Assembly: GCF_963921235.1 (NCBI RefSeq)
Contig: NC_086097.1
Location: forward strand, 222,458,001-222,522,000
DNA: 64,000 nucleotides
Origin: Mobula hypostoma
Lineage: Eukaryota
Reading direction: 5' to 3'
A program made the translations under genes and the position numbers. The notes beneath the pieces are model-generated. The model saw only the letters and a list, made by a program, of their open reading frames with translations. It was not told the DNA's origin and did not search any database. Shown here piece after piece: positions 47,957 through 61,119 of the stretch (positions are counted from its first letter, which is position 1; the number at the start of each line of letters is the position of its first letter).

Positions 47957-48478
47957 CAGAATCAGAATCGGGTTTAATATCACCGGCATGCAGTATGTCA
48001 TGAAATTTGTTAACTTTGCGGTAGCAGTACAATGCAATTCATAATAATAGAGAGAAAAAAAACTGTGAATTACATTATATATATAATAGTTAATTAAATA
48101 AATAGTGCAAAAAATAGCACTAAAAATAGTGAGGTAGTGTTCATGGGTTCAATGTCCATTCAGAAATAAGATGGCAGAGGAGAAAAGCTGTTCCGAATTG
48201 TTAAGTGTGTGTCTTCAGGCTTCTGTACCTCTTTCCTGATGGTAGCAATAAGAAGAGGGCTTGTCATGGGTGATGAGGGTCTTTATTGATGGATGCTGCC
48301 CTTTTGAGGCACTGCTCCTTGAAGATGTCTTGGTTACTATGGAGGCTACTGCCCAAGATGGAGCTGACTAATTTTACAGCTCTTGACCGCTTACTTTGAT
48401 CCTGTGCAGTGGTTCCCCCCCCCCACCACACCGCCCCCATACCAGACAGTGATGCAGCCAGTTAAAATGCTCTTGCAG
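47957..48478 (-). mobile_element. Rex1/Babar LINE 3' end
   Basis: (AGAATC)n tail on +; minus strand of 48435-48475 reads SILTGCITVWYG. Confidence 0.85.
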
Positions 48479-48713
48479 TATATTTCACTATTATTCTTCA
48501 TTCAGGCTCAGTAAGTTGCATGCAGGATAATATAAAGTTAATTTTGAACTGGTATGCTCATACAGATGCTCACAAGTGCATAAGGGCAAATGGTTATATA
48601 ATACACATCTGTTTGTAATGTTTTAAATTATGTAAAAAAACTATTGTAATTAAGTAAAATTTGGGTTTCTGTGCAGATAACCTAAAACAGTCAGCAAAAG
48701 TAAGTAATTAATG

Positions 48714-49862
48714 ACCATAAGACCATAAGATATAGGAGCAGAAGTAGGCCATTCAGCCCAACGAGTCTACTCCACCATTCAATCATGGGCTGATCCAATT
48801 CTTCCAGTCATCCCCACTCCCCTGCCTTCACCCCATACCCTTTGTTGCCCTGGCTAATCAAGAACATATCTATCTCTGCCTTAAATACACCCACTGACTT
48901 GGCCTCCACAGCCGCTCATGGCAGTAAGTTCCACAGACTTACCACCCTCTGACTAAAGTAATTTCTCCGCATCTCAGTTATAAATGGACGTCCTTCAATC
49001 CTGAAGTCGTGCCTTCTTGTCCTAGAATCCACTACCATGGGAAATAACTTTGCCATATCTAATCTGTTCAGGCCTTTTAACATTCAGAATGTTTCAATGA
49101 GATCCCCCCTCATTCTCCTGAACTCCAGGGAATACAGCCCAAGAGCTGCCAGACATTCCTCATAGGGTAACCCTTTCATTCCTGGAATCATTCTTGTGAA
49201 TCTTCTCTGAACCTTCTCCAGTGTCAGTATATCCTTTCTAAAATAAGGAGCCAAAACTGCACACAATATTCCAAGAGTCGTCTCACGAGTTCCCTACAGA
49301 GCCTCAGCATCACATCCCTGCTCTTATATACTATACCTCTAGAAATGAATGCCAACATTGCATTCACCTTCTTCACAACTGACTCAACCTGGAGGTTGAC
49401 CTTTAGGGTATCTTGCACAAGGACTCTCCATCTGAATTTTGAATTCTCTCCCCATCTAAATAATAGTCTGCCCATTTATTTCTTCCACCAAAGAGCTTGA
49501 CCATACACTTTCCAACATTGTATTTCGTTTGCCACTTCTTTGCCCATTTCCCTAAACTATCTAAGGCTTTCTACAGGCTCTCTGTTTTCTCAACACTACC
49601 CACTCTTCCACCTATCTTTGTATCATCAGCAAATTTAGCCACAAATCCATTAATACCGTAGTCCAAATTATTGACATACATCATAAAAAGCAGTGATCCC
49701 AACACCAACCCCTGTGGAACTCCACTGGTAACTGGCAGCCAGTTAGAATAGGATCCCTTTATTCCCACTCTCTGTTTTCTGCCAACCAGTCAATGCTCCA
49801 CCGGTGCTAGTAACTTCTCTGTAATTCCATGGGCTGTTATCTTGCTATGCAGCCTCATGTGC
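48714..49862 (-). mobile_element. 5'-truncated CR1 LINE
   Basis: ORF 49571..49768 has SGVPQGLVLG and KFADDTK; gaccataagaccataag tail. Confidence 0.94.
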
Positions 49863-50285
49863 GTAGCAGCTCATTATTCCGCGAGATTTACTAATCTCTG
49901 CACCAAACTGTGGCTGTGGCCTGCAAACATCACAGCGTGGTCTCACTTTTGTGAACTTCAGTTCTGAATGCTATTTGCTTACTTTTATTATTTGCACTTT
50001 TTTTTTCTTTTTTTCGCTTTGCACATTGGGTGTTTGACAGTCTTCTTCTGTTTTAATGGGTTCTATTGGATTTCTTTGTTTTCTAGCAACCTGTAAGAAG
50101 AAGAAGCTCAAGGTTGTATAAAGTATACATACTTTGATTATAAATGTATTTTGACTTTGAAATAAGACAATTGAATGACCCATAAAATGACCTGTGTGAA
50201 TGGCATGCAAAACAGATTTTTTTCCTCAATGCCTCAGTACATGTGACAATCATGAACAAATTTATCAATTTACTAATTTAATTTT
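49863..50285 (+). mobile_element. Two LINE-type 3'UTR/tail fragments (Rex1/Babar-like)
   Basis: tttgattataaatgtattttgactttga tail, then cagtacatgtgacaat motif shared with 62300-62315. Confidence 0.6.
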
Positions 50286-50387
50286 GCAAATACTTGTTAC
50301 AAAATTTTCCTTTGGAGCCCTAAGCTTTTCTCATAGGTCTGCAAGTCATCATTCTCACTTACAAGAACACACAAATCTCTGACGTAA

Positions 50388-51473
50388 TTCAAGATAAGGG
50401 CCTGTGGTATTAGAGGAAAGATAGAAAATTGGCCAACTGGCAGGAGGCAAAGCCTGGGAATAAAGGATTCTTTCTCTGGTTGGCTGCCAGTGCCTAGTGG
50501 TGTTCTGCAGGGTCAGTGTTGGAACTGCTTCTTTTCAAGTTATATGTGAATGATCAAGATAACGGAATTCATGGCGTTGTAGCCATGTTTGTGGACAGTA
50601 CAAAGATAGGTATAGTGGCAGGTAGTATTGAGGAAACAGGGAGTCTGCAGAAGGACTTGGACAGATTGAGAGATTGGGCAAAAGAAGTGGCTGATGGAAT
50701 ACAGTGTCGGGAAGTGTATGGGCATGTGCCTTGGTAGAAGGAATAAAGATACTATTTTCCAGGAAAAAAATCAAAAATAAGAGGTGCAAATGGACTTGGG
50801 AGTCCTTGTGCAGGATTATCTAAAGGTTAACTTGCAGGTTGTGTTGGTAGTAAGGCTGGCAAGTGCACTGTTAACCTTCATTTTGAGAGGACTAAAATAT
50901 AAAGGCAAAATTATAAAGCATTGGTCAGATCTTGGAATACACTTGGAATATGGTGTGTAGTTTTGGGCCCCTTATCGAAGAAAGGATGTGTTCGCATTCG
51001 AAAGGGTCCAGAGATGATTCACGAGAATGATCCTGGGAATGGAAGGATTAACGTATGTTTGATGGCTCTGGGCCTATATTCGCTGAAGTTTAGAAGACTG
51101 AGGGGGAACCTCAATGAAATGTTTTGAATATTGAAAGGCCTGGATAGAGTGGACATGGAGAAGATGTTTCCAGATGACACAGCCTCTAAATAGAAAGAAG
51201 GACATCAATTCAGAAAAGAAATGAAGAGGAATTTCTTGAGCCAGATGGTGGTGAATCTATGGAATTCATTGCCATGGATAGCTATGGAGGCCAAGTTATT
51301 GGGTACATTTAAGGCTGAGGTTAATAGTTTCTTGATAGGAAAGAATGTTAGTGGTTACAGGGAGAAGACAGAAAAATGAAGTTGAAAGAGATAATAAATC
51401 TGCCATGATGGAATGATGGAGCAGACTCGATGGGCTGTATGGCTAATTCCGCTCCCATGTCTTGTGGTCTTAT
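50388..51473 (+). mobile_element. 5'-truncated CR1 LINE
   Basis: ORFs 50516..50737 and 50921..51127 (LMALGLYSLKFRRLRG); tcttgtggtcttatg tail. Confidence 0.92.
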
Positions 51474-51519
51474 GAGTCACTTCAGGCGGATTTATCTCAA
51501 TTATTGCCCTACATCCAGT

Positions 51520-53923
51520 GGTTGGGGATACTTAGGGCAGTTCTAAGGAAACTAGGTAGAGTGCCTAGGGAGTTAGATAGAAAGCTGAAAAGCAGGATCT
51601 CTAGCTTGCTACCTTGCCACACGCCAGTGAGGGTAAGAAAAGGATGACTTAGCAGATGAATGCATGGCTGAGGAACTGGTGCAGGGTTTCAGATTTCAGG
51701 ATTATTGGGATGTCTTCTGGGGAAGGTATGATCTGTACAAAAGGAACAGTTTACACCTAAACCCAAGGGGGACCAATATCCTTGTGGGGAGGGTTTAAAC
51801 TAAGTTGGCAGTGAGATGGGAACCAGAGTAATAGCACAGTTGGTATACAACTAAGTACATTGTGCAGTGAGTTTATAAGGAAGGACAGGCAGATGATAGG
51901 GCAGACTTGCAGTCAGTAGGATGAGTTCAAGTATAACGGGTGCAAAATCAGAAAGAGTGATAAATACAGGACTGAAGCTGTTATATTTGAATGCACGCAG
52001 TATAGAGAATAAGATGATCTTGTAGCTCAGTTAGAGATTGGCAAGTATGACGTTGTGGGCGTCACTGTGTCGTGGCTGAAAGAAGCTCATAGTTTGGAAC
52101 TTAACATCCAAGGATACACATTGTATTGAAAGGACAGGCAGGAAGGCAGATGGGGTGGGCAGCTACGCTGGTAAAAAAATTAAATCAAATCCTTAGAGAG
52201 AGAAATGATATAGGATCCGAAGATGTAGAAGTTGGTTGAGTCACCTGGACCAGATAAACTATACTCCAGGGTTCTGAATGAGGTGCCTGGGGAGGCTTTG
52301 GTAATGATCTTTCAAAACTTGCTAGATTCTGGCATGGGTTTGGAGGACTGGAAAACTGCAAATGTCACTCCATTCTTCAAGAAGGGAGGGAAGCAAAAGA
52401 AAGGAAATTATAGGCCATTTAGTCTGAACTCCGTGATTGGGACGATATTGAGTCGTGTGTTAAGGATGAGGTCTCAGGCTACTTGGAAGCACGTGATAAA
52501 ATAGCCAAAGTCAGCATGGTTCTTTAAGGGAAAATGTTGCCTGACAAATCTGTTGGAATTATTTGAGGTCATAACAAGCATAATACACAAAGGAAAATCG
52601 ATGGATGTTGTGTTCTTAGATTTTCAGAAGACTTTTCACAAGGTGACACACATGAGATGACTTAACAAGATAAGAGCCCATAGTATTACAGGAAAGATAC
52701 TAGCATGGATAAAGAATTGGCTGATTGGCAGAAGGCAAAGAGTGGGAATAAGGGAGCCTTTTCAGGTTGGCTGCTGGTGTCTAGTGGCCCCACAGGGGTC
52801 AGTGTAAGCTATTAATATCAATGATTTTAATGATGGCTTTGTGACCAAGTTTGCAGACGATACAAAGATAAATGGAGGGGAAGATCATGCTGAGAAAGCA
52901 GAGAGGCTGCAGAAGGACTTAGACATAATAGAAGAATGGGCAAAGAAGTGGCAGATGGAATACAGTGTTGGGAAGTGTATAGTTATACACTTTGGTAGAA
53001 CGCACAAAAGTATTTTCTAAATGGGCAGAAAATTGAAAAATCTGAGTTTCAAAGGGATTTGGGACTCCTCATGCAGGACTCCCTAAAGGTTAACTTACAT
53101 GTTGAATCAGTAGTGAGGAAGCTAAATGCAATGTAGCATTTATTTTGAGAGAACTGGAATATAAAAGTAAAGATGTAATGCTGAGGCATTAAAAGGCACT
53201 GGTGAGTCCTTACTTTGGAGTGCTGTGAGCAGTTTTGGACTCCTTATCTAAGAAAGGATGTGCTGGAATTGGAGAGAGTTCAGAGAAGGTTCGTGAGAAT
53301 GAGTCCGGGAATGAAATAGTTTTCGTATGAGGAGCGTTTGATGGCTGTGAGCCTGTAGTCGCTGGAATTCCAAAGAATGAGGGAGTTTGTCATTGAAACC
53401 TATGGAATGCTGAAAGGCCTGAATAAAGTAGATATGGAGAGGATGTTTCCTTTAGTATAGGAGTCTAGTACCAGGAGGCACAGGCTTAGAATAACTATAT
53501 AACCATATAACAATTACAGCACGGAAACAGGCCATCTCGGCCCTTCTAGTCCGTGCCGAACTCTTACTCTCACCTAGTCCCACCGACCTGCACTCAGCCC
53601 ATAACCCTTCATTCCTTTCCTGTCCATATAGCTGTCCAGTTTGGAGGGATTTCCATTTTAAATGGAGATAAGGAGGAATTTCTTTAGCCAGAGAGTGGTG
53701 AATCAATGGAATTTGTTGCTGCAGGTGGCTGTGGAGGTCAGGTCATTGGGTGTACGTACTTAAGCCGAAGGTTGATAGATTCATAATTACTCAGGATGTG
53801 AAAGTTTGTGGGAGAAGGCAGGAGAATGGGTCTGAGAAGGAAAATGGGTTAACCATGATGAAATGGCAGAGCAGACTTGATGGGTTGAATAATCAAAGCC
53901 CTGCTTCTATCTCTTATGGTCTT
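51520..53923 (+). mobile_element. CR1 LINE (ORF1 end, APE start, deletion at ~52230, RT to tail), or two fused copies
   Basis: 51520-52230 homologous to 11800-12620; ORF 52232..52504 has SPGPDKLYSRVL, DWKTANVTPFFKKG and GNYRP; tcttatggtct tail. Confidence 0.9.
53491..53642 (-). mobile_element. Young CR1-type 3' tail fragment inserted in an older CR1
   Basis: (ATATAAC/ATATAACC) tail, acaggccatctcggccc 3' stem region, CpGs retained; host CR1 resumes at gagggatttccattt. Confidence 0.85.
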
Positions 53924-54596
53924 TTTCAGAGGAAACAAGGAGAAAATGGGGAAAAAACTGTGCATTCATCTGAGTAACATTAATTGTGCTCTCTTCAGGT
54001 CACATGACAAGTAATAGATGGCCCATTAATTCATCATAACAGACACTTTAGTGTAACATAAGTGAGAAAAATAAAACACAACTAACAGTTTTTTATGTAT
54101 AAAATTGATTAATGAAGGAGGGTTACTAAGAATTGTCAGCTGCATTTAGGTTTTTGTTTATAAGTAATGCCATTGTTGTAAAATTCCTAGCAATTTCACT
54201 ATCAACTTAAAGATAACCTCCTCATGAAAAGCAACAGCTGTACACCAGCTCTGTGAGTCAGTTCAATAACTGCTAGCCCAGTTTGCTAGATATAACAAAA
54301 TAAGCCCAGTTTGCTAATGGAGAAAATTTGTGTTTCAACAAAAAATGAAAAGGAAAATGGAGCACAAATTGGTTAGTCATAGCTATCAAAGTGCAAAAAA
54401 AAGCAGAAATTTTTTTATATGATGTGAATAAAATGCTATTTCTGGAGTATCATCCTTGCCAGTCTTGTCCACACTACCAGCTAACTGAAAAATCGTACAA
54501 GCCTAGAGGGAGAAGTTTGCAATATTCACTTTGTTAGAGAAGAAGCATAGTTTGAAAAGATAGTTGCCTCAAAATGTAGTAGAGGTGAGATTACTC

Positions 54597-54975
54597 AAGT
54601 CGTGTATGAAGCACTACCAGACGGTTATTCCCTGAATGAAGAATGCCTGTGCGTGACCTTGTTTAACGTGGGAGATGATGCACAGGCAGCCACCATACAG
54701 TTCTTGGCAAATCGGGTGTCAGGGTCCAGTGTCATGAAATGCAAGATGACTGGAGACCCTTCACTGCCCCATCACTGCCAATGGGATGTGTCATCGTCTT
54801 CCACTAGCTCCACTGCTGAGGTCTTGGTTGGATCGCTCTTTGTCTGGGACCTCCCCCTTGACCTTACTGCTGTGGGATGACCCTATCAGGAGCTAAGCTT
54901 CAGGCAGCATTTCTCTCAGGATCTCAGGAACTCTCAGGCCTCTCCAACACAACAAGATGACGATCCTTGGAGAAG
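54597..54975 (-). mobile_element. Non-autonomous RTE-type retroposon with structured 5' end
   Basis: Minus strand cttctccaaggatcgtcatcttgttgtgttggagagg...agacaaagagcgatcc resembles RTE/BovB-type 5'UTRs as I recall them; no ORF homology. Confidence 0.6.
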
Positions 54976-55143
54976 AGGGACTCATCCAAAAGATGTATTC
55001 CTGCTGGCAGGCACCATTTAGTAATGGCTATACATTCTAGTCCGCTAACAAATTTCATAAGTAGAATGGAGGCCTGTATGTATTTAGTGCCACTGACTAC
55101 AGATGCATTTCTAGGCACAGTTGAGGAACAAATAAAGCCATAA

Positions 55144-55427
55144 GGGCGACATGGTAGCATATTGGTTAGCACAATGCTTTACAGCACAGATGACCCGAGT
55201 TCAATTCCCACCGCTGCTTGTCAGGAGCTTATACGTTCTCCTCAAGATTGCATAGGTTTCCTCCGGGTGCTCCAGTTTCCTCCAAAGATATATCAGTTTA
55301 TGGATAAATTTGTCATTGTAAATTGTCCCATGGTTAGGCTAGGGTTAAATTGGAGGATTGCTGGATGGTGTGACTCAAAGGGCCGGAAGGGCCTATACTG
55401 CACTGTATCTCAAAAAATAAAATAAAA
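55144..55427 (+). mobile_element. tRNA-derived V-SINE (HE1-like)
   Basis: A box tagcatattgg, B box gagttcaattccc, V-core ggtttcctccgggtgctccagtttcctcc, CR1-like gggccggaagggcct tail and A-rich end. Confidence 0.9.
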
Positions 55428-55964
55428 TGATGAAAATTAAAGCAAAGATAAATGTTTAAAAAGAAGTAGTGGCATCTTCTATCATTATCTACTGAGCCAG
55501 AAGCTGAATTTTCAAATGATTTATTAGTGGATTCTAAGAATTTTACTGGAAAATATATCTGGATTGTGGATATGAAAATTGCAGATTTATGTTTGCTGTA
55601 CAAACTTGCACTTCACATTTTGTTTTCTACCTGATAGTAACAATGAAGGATAATATGTGAGAACCAGTAACATAGGTTTTGTTGGATCTACCTATAGCCC
55701 ATGCTCCCAGACTTAACTGGGCTGGATTCATGGATAAATCTAACTGAACCCACGTACCCTGGAGTTGAAAGCAAGGTTTACATGGTAACTAGATCTCGGG
55801 CAACGTAGAGCTGTGGTTCCATTCCAACAACATCCTGACAGCAATAAGTGGCAAAGCTGGGAGTCAACTTTGTCCTTCATTGAGGATGTCACGGATTTTC
55901 TCAATTTTTTAAAACTTCTCTAATGATCTTAAATCTTATTAACATTTAAATAAATAATAAATAT

Positions 55965-56105
55965 ATGGTAGTGTAGTGATCAGCATAATTCTATTACAGT
56001 GCCAGCGACTTGGGTTCAATTCCCACTGCTATCGGTAAGACATACATGTTAGTAGGTTAATTAGTCACATGGGTGTAATTGGGCGGCAGGCTTAGTGTTG
56101 AGGCC
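55965..56105 (+). mobile_element. Internally deleted tRNA-SINE
   Basis: ggtagtgtagtga A box, gggttcaattccc B box; homologous to the 55144 head. Confidence 0.7.
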
Positions 56106-56139
56106 AAAAAAGTTCCACTAAAGTCTTTACGGGCAAGGT

Positions 56140-56701
56140 TACATTTTTATTTGCAGTAATCATAATACTGCATAATACCAGGTAATACCATCCCTACTGT
56201 AAAGTATGGTGGAGGTAGCATCATGCTATGGAGGTGCTTATCAGCAGCAGGGACTGGAAATCTGGTCCTTGAGTGTCCCAGTGAGAGTTCTAAACTTAAC
56301 CCGAACAAACATCTCTGGCAAGACCTCAAAAATCCACCACTGCTCCCCAACTAACCTGGCACAGATTGAGCAGTTTTGCAAAGAGGAATGGGCAAATATT
56401 GCTCCATCATGTTGTGCAAAGCTATTAGAAACTTGCCCAAAAAGCCTATTGGCTGTAATTGCTGCAAGAGGTGGTTCAAATGAGTACTGAGATAAGGCGG
56501 ATGAATTCTTTTGAAGTGCCGACATTTCAGTTTTTGAAATTATTAATGTTTTACAGTTTCCCTGTTTTGATCCTTTACTGTGAAAAAAAGAAGCTTGTGG
56601 CTTGCAAAGAAAATTCTCAGTTAAATTGATTAAAATCCCTGTTTGTAATACTCATTTATATGAACAAAGGGTTGGGGGCTGAATACTTTTACAGGACACT
56701 G
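56140..56701 (+). mobile_element. Tc1/mariner transposon 3' remnant
   Basis: [16 protein letters not shown] (56184-56231); CKEEWANIAP..LLAVIAARGGS.EY*; Tc1-type end gctgaatacttttacaggacactg followed by TA. Confidence 0.9.
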
Positions 56702-57872
56702 TAACAACAAGCTATGTGATGTTGATTCAGATTTTATGTTGTTTGAAGGATTCACTCGGAAACACATTCTGTACATTTTCTAGGAAAAAGCCATTTCTTA
56801 TCATATGATACCTCAAAATCCAAAGACAGCCATCCCATCTTAAGGCAATGAAGGTTCAATAAGGAAAAGGATTCTTGGTATTGAGCTCAATGCTTGGAAG
56901 GCTGCTGAGTACTAGGAGATAGAATTGCAATGTTCAGAGTGCATTCTTTTCAAAAACTTCTTTTACTTCTAGTGCTGCATTAAATTTATCAGTGCCAGGT
57001 CTCAATATTCAGTGCAGAGATTAAACATTTTGTGGGTCAGATATTGCCTATTATGTTTACAGTATAGCTGGCAGTAGCTCAAACAATTACTTTAAAGTAA
57101 ACTCGCCATAAACATTAGCAAAATGTTTTAATGGTACTTTGTTCCTACACATATATCCATCAAAAAGGTGCCTGCCCAAAGAACTGATTATTCAAGGCTT
57201 TGATATGGTAACAACTTAATTGTACGAGGAAATATTCCTTCCTTGAAGCTTGGCACCAATAGGAACTGTTGGGTGGATTTATGATAAGCCTTTTAAATGG
57301 TACTCTAAGATGAAGCAGCTGCTATGTGGGGTATTTGATGGGCACAATCATAACTCTATGACATCTACCTTGGAACAAGGGAAATTACTCATTGGATAGG
57401 TCAAAGTTGGGATATGGACCCCCTTCTCCCTCAGGGATAGAGTCTATGAATCTAAGCACTTCTGTACTTCTTCCTCCAGTGAAGTTGCCACTGAATGTTA
57501 GCAATCTGACTGAGGGGTTTCCACTGAAACATTTGATGTAAGTAGTACTCGAGAGCAGAAATGTGGAGTTCCCTGTGCTCATTTGAACCAACCTCTAGGT
57601 TGTTTTGCAGCAGACTGCTGACATTAAAATGTATGAGGTAAAAGATCTTTTAAATGACACGACTACGGGGAAGACAGTATTATAAAAATTTAGGGTTAGG
57701 TTGTGATTACCAAATGACAGTCACATTTTGGATCAACAAACAGCCTTGCACAGCAATAGAAGTAATTCTGTGTGCATTCACCAGAAAAAAAACATATTAT
57801 TGATACAAGCACATAATGTAACCAAAAGCGCTTGGTTGAATTTCCTGGCGAGTATGATTCAATACTTACAGT

Positions 57873-57921
57873 TAATTGTTATATGGTTATATGTTATATG
57901 GTTATATGTTATATGGTTATG
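57873..57921 (+). repeat. (TTATATG/TTATATGG)n microsatellite derived from a LINE tail
   Basis: taattgttatatggttatat equals the reverse complement of 53496-53515. Confidence 0.85.
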
Positions 57922-58276
57922 TTCCATTCTAGAAATAACGAATTTTGTTCTGTGTGGCTCTGAAAGAACCAGTGCTGTGCATTCAGATTTCCAAACAATG
58001 ATGTTCGCTCCTACCACTAAATCATCAAATAGAAACACAATGTTCAGTAAGTCTACAGGCCCCATTCTCTTCTCCCTCATGAAAATGGATGCATAGTGCA
58101 GAGATCCTCTAAGAACAAATAAAATATATTTGTAAAAAAAGGTAGATATTCAGGTAATAATGTTCCTAGGTGTGAACATCACCAATAACCTGCCCTGCTC
58201 TAATCACATTGATGTTGCAGTCAAGAAAGCTCACTAGCATCTTCATTTCCTCAGTAGCCTAACATCATGTCCCTCT

Positions 58277-58827
58277 TATAAGACACTAGTCCGGCTGCAC
58301 TTAAAGTATTGTCAACAGTTTTGGGACCCATATCTCAGAAAGGATGTACTGTCATTGGAGAGAGTCCACAAGAGATTCACAAGGATGATTTCAGGAACAA
58401 AGGGGTTAACATATGAGGAACGTTTAGCAGCTTTGGGCTAGTACTTGCTGGAATTTAGAAGAATGCATGGGGATCTCATTGAAACCTACCAAATGTTGAA
58501 AGGACTAGATAGGGTGAACGTGGAGAGGATGTTTTCTATTGTAGGGGTATCTAGGACTAGAGGACACTCCCTCCAAATTGAATGGTGACCCTTTAGAACA
58601 GAGGTAAGGAGAGTAGTAAATCTGTAGAATTATCTGCCACAGACTGTGGTGGAGGCCAAGTCCATGCATATACTTAAGGCTGAAATTGATCGTTTCCTGT
58701 TCGGTCAGGGCATCAAAGGATATGGTGAGAAGGCAGGTGTATGGGGTTGAGTGTGATCTGGGATCAGCCATGACGGAATGGCGGAGCAGACTCGAATGGC
58801 CTAATTCTGCTCCCATATCTTATGGTC
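58277..58827 (+). mobile_element. CR1 3' fragment nested in Rex1
   Basis: YKTLVRLHLKYC..FW; tcttatggtc tail. Confidence 0.92.
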
Positions 58828-59867
58828 CATAGAAAGCATTCTGTCTTGATACCTAACAGCTTTGTATGGCATCAACTCTGCATGTGACCACAAGAAACTG
58901 CACAGAGTTACAGTATGGTTGCAGCTCAGCACAAGTTCTAATTCTTCTAGATCTAAGTGCTGCCTTCGACACAATTGGCCACAGCTTTCTCCAAGATCGC
59001 CTTAAGAACTGGGTTGGTCTCTCTGGCAGTGCTGTTAATTGCTTTCATTCATATGTCTTAGAGAGAAATTTTTTGTCTGTCATGGAGACTGATTTTCTAA
59101 TAGATGCAATGTACCTTTTGATGTTGGCTCAGGGAAGCTGTCTTGGTCCCCTACTCTTCTGCTATATAAGATTTCCTCAGGAGACATCATTAAAGAACAT
59201 AAACTTGATTTCCCCAGTTATGCAGATGACACACAATTGTATATCTCGGTTGAGCCTGATAATGATAACACCCTGTCTTTGACATCTGGTATGGCTGCAA
59301 TAAACAAATAAATGAGCAATAATTTCCTGAAACTAAGTGAAGATAACACTGAAATACATTTGGTTGGTCTCAAAGCCGAAACAGATAAATTTTGTGATAA
59401 ATTTGGGAACTTAGCTCCCATTGTAAAATCAGAAGAAACAAGCTTGGGTGTTATCCTTAATGCAGAACTGAATTTTAAATCCCACATAAGGAAAATGACC
59501 AGAGCAGCATTTCTACACTTAAGAAATAATGCAAAGGTACGTTGATTTCTCTCACGTAATGATGCTGAAGAACTAATTCACACCTTTACACCAAATAGAC
59601 CAGATTACTACACTGCATTTTTACCGGCCTTACAAAGCAGTTTACATATTGACAAGCTTCAACTCATTCAGAATTGTGTTGCAAGACTTTTAAAGTTCAA
59701 AGTATATTTGTTATCAAAGTGCATATATAAGGGCCTGTTATCTGCTGTAGTGTTCTTTGACTCTATGTCTCTATTCCATTAACGAATTACTGTAATAGTC
59801 AAGTGAGTGTTCACAAAAAGTACTGACAGTTTGTGGTTTGGGTAGGTAGTTTTGTGACATATTTGAA

Positions 59868-61013
59868 GATATTTGTTCTTGGATTTTCAGAAGACCTTTG
59901 ACAAGGTGTCACACATGAAGCTGGTTAACAAAGCTTGCAGGAAAGATTGTAGCATGGATAAAGCAGTGGCTGATTGGCAGGAGACAAAAAGTGGCAATAA
60001 AGGGAGTTTTTTCTGGCTGGCTGCCAGTCATTAGTGATGTTCCACATGGGTCTTTGTTGGGACCGATTCTTTTTATGTTATACGTCAATGATTTGGAAGA
60101 TGGAATTGATAGTTTTACTGCAAAGTTTTCAGACGATATAAAAGTAGGTGGAGGGACAGGTAGTTTTGAGAAAGTAGAGAGGCTACAAAAGGAATTAGAC
60201 AGATTAGAATAAGGGGCAAGTAAATGTTAGATGGTATACAGTGTCAGGATGTGTATGGTCATGCACTTTGGTAGAAGAAATGAAATGGTTGACTATTTTC
60301 TAAATGAAGAGAAAATACAAAAAAAAAACGAGGTTCAAAGGGGCTTGGGAGTCCTTGTGCAGGATTCCCTCAAGGTTATTTTGCAGATTGGGTCTGTGGT
60401 GAAGAAGGCAAATGCAATGTTGGCATTTATTTCAAGAGCACTAGAATATAAAAACAAGGATTTAATGTTGAGACTTTATAAAGCACTGGTGAGAACTTAC
60501 TTGAAGTATTGTGCGCAGTTTTGATCCCCTTATCTTCGAAAGGATGTACTAAAACTGCAGAAGGTTCAAAGGAGATTTACAAAAATGATTCCAGGATGGA
60601 ACGGCTCATCATATGAAGAGCATTTGATGGCTGTGGGCCTGTATTGACTAGAATTCAGAAGAATGAGGAGTCACCTCATTCAAAGCTATCAAATCATGAT
60701 AGAGTGGATGTGGAGAGGATATTTCCTATGGTGGGAAAGTCTGAGACCAGAGGACACAGCCTTAGAATAGAGAGATGAGGAGGAATTTCTTCAGCCAGAG
60801 ACTGATGAATCTGTTAAATTCTTTGCCACATCTTTATGTATACTTAAGGTAGATGTAGATAGATTTCTGATTGATCAGGGCATGAAGGGATACGAAGGGG
60901 GGATGTCAGGAGATTGGGGCTGAGAGTAAAAATGGATCAGCCATGATGAAATGGTGGAGCAGACTCGATGGGCCACATGGTCTAATTCCACTCCTATAAC
61001 TTATGGCCTTATG
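59868..61013 (+). mobile_element. 5'-truncated CR1 nested in L2
   Basis: ORFs 59991..60212 (VPHGSLLGP, FSDDIK) and 60231..60524; cttatggccttatg tail. Confidence 0.93.
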
Positions 61014-61119
61014 ACATTTTAAAATATTTTCAAGTTTAAAACCATCATAGAGGATGTTTTAATCTACAGCAGTTGGGCAGCATAGGTCGGCGTGTCACAA
61101 GGACATGAGAACATAAAAT

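Noticed and set aside
55144..55215. tRNA genes at SINE heads (also 17146, 37110-37185 and 55965)
   Set aside because: A/B boxes are present but I cannot build a cloverleaf, and each continues into SINE body sequence.
57385..57591. 68-aa minus-strand ORF as a gene
   Set aside because: No recognisable motif, a non-ATG start and a length expected by chance.
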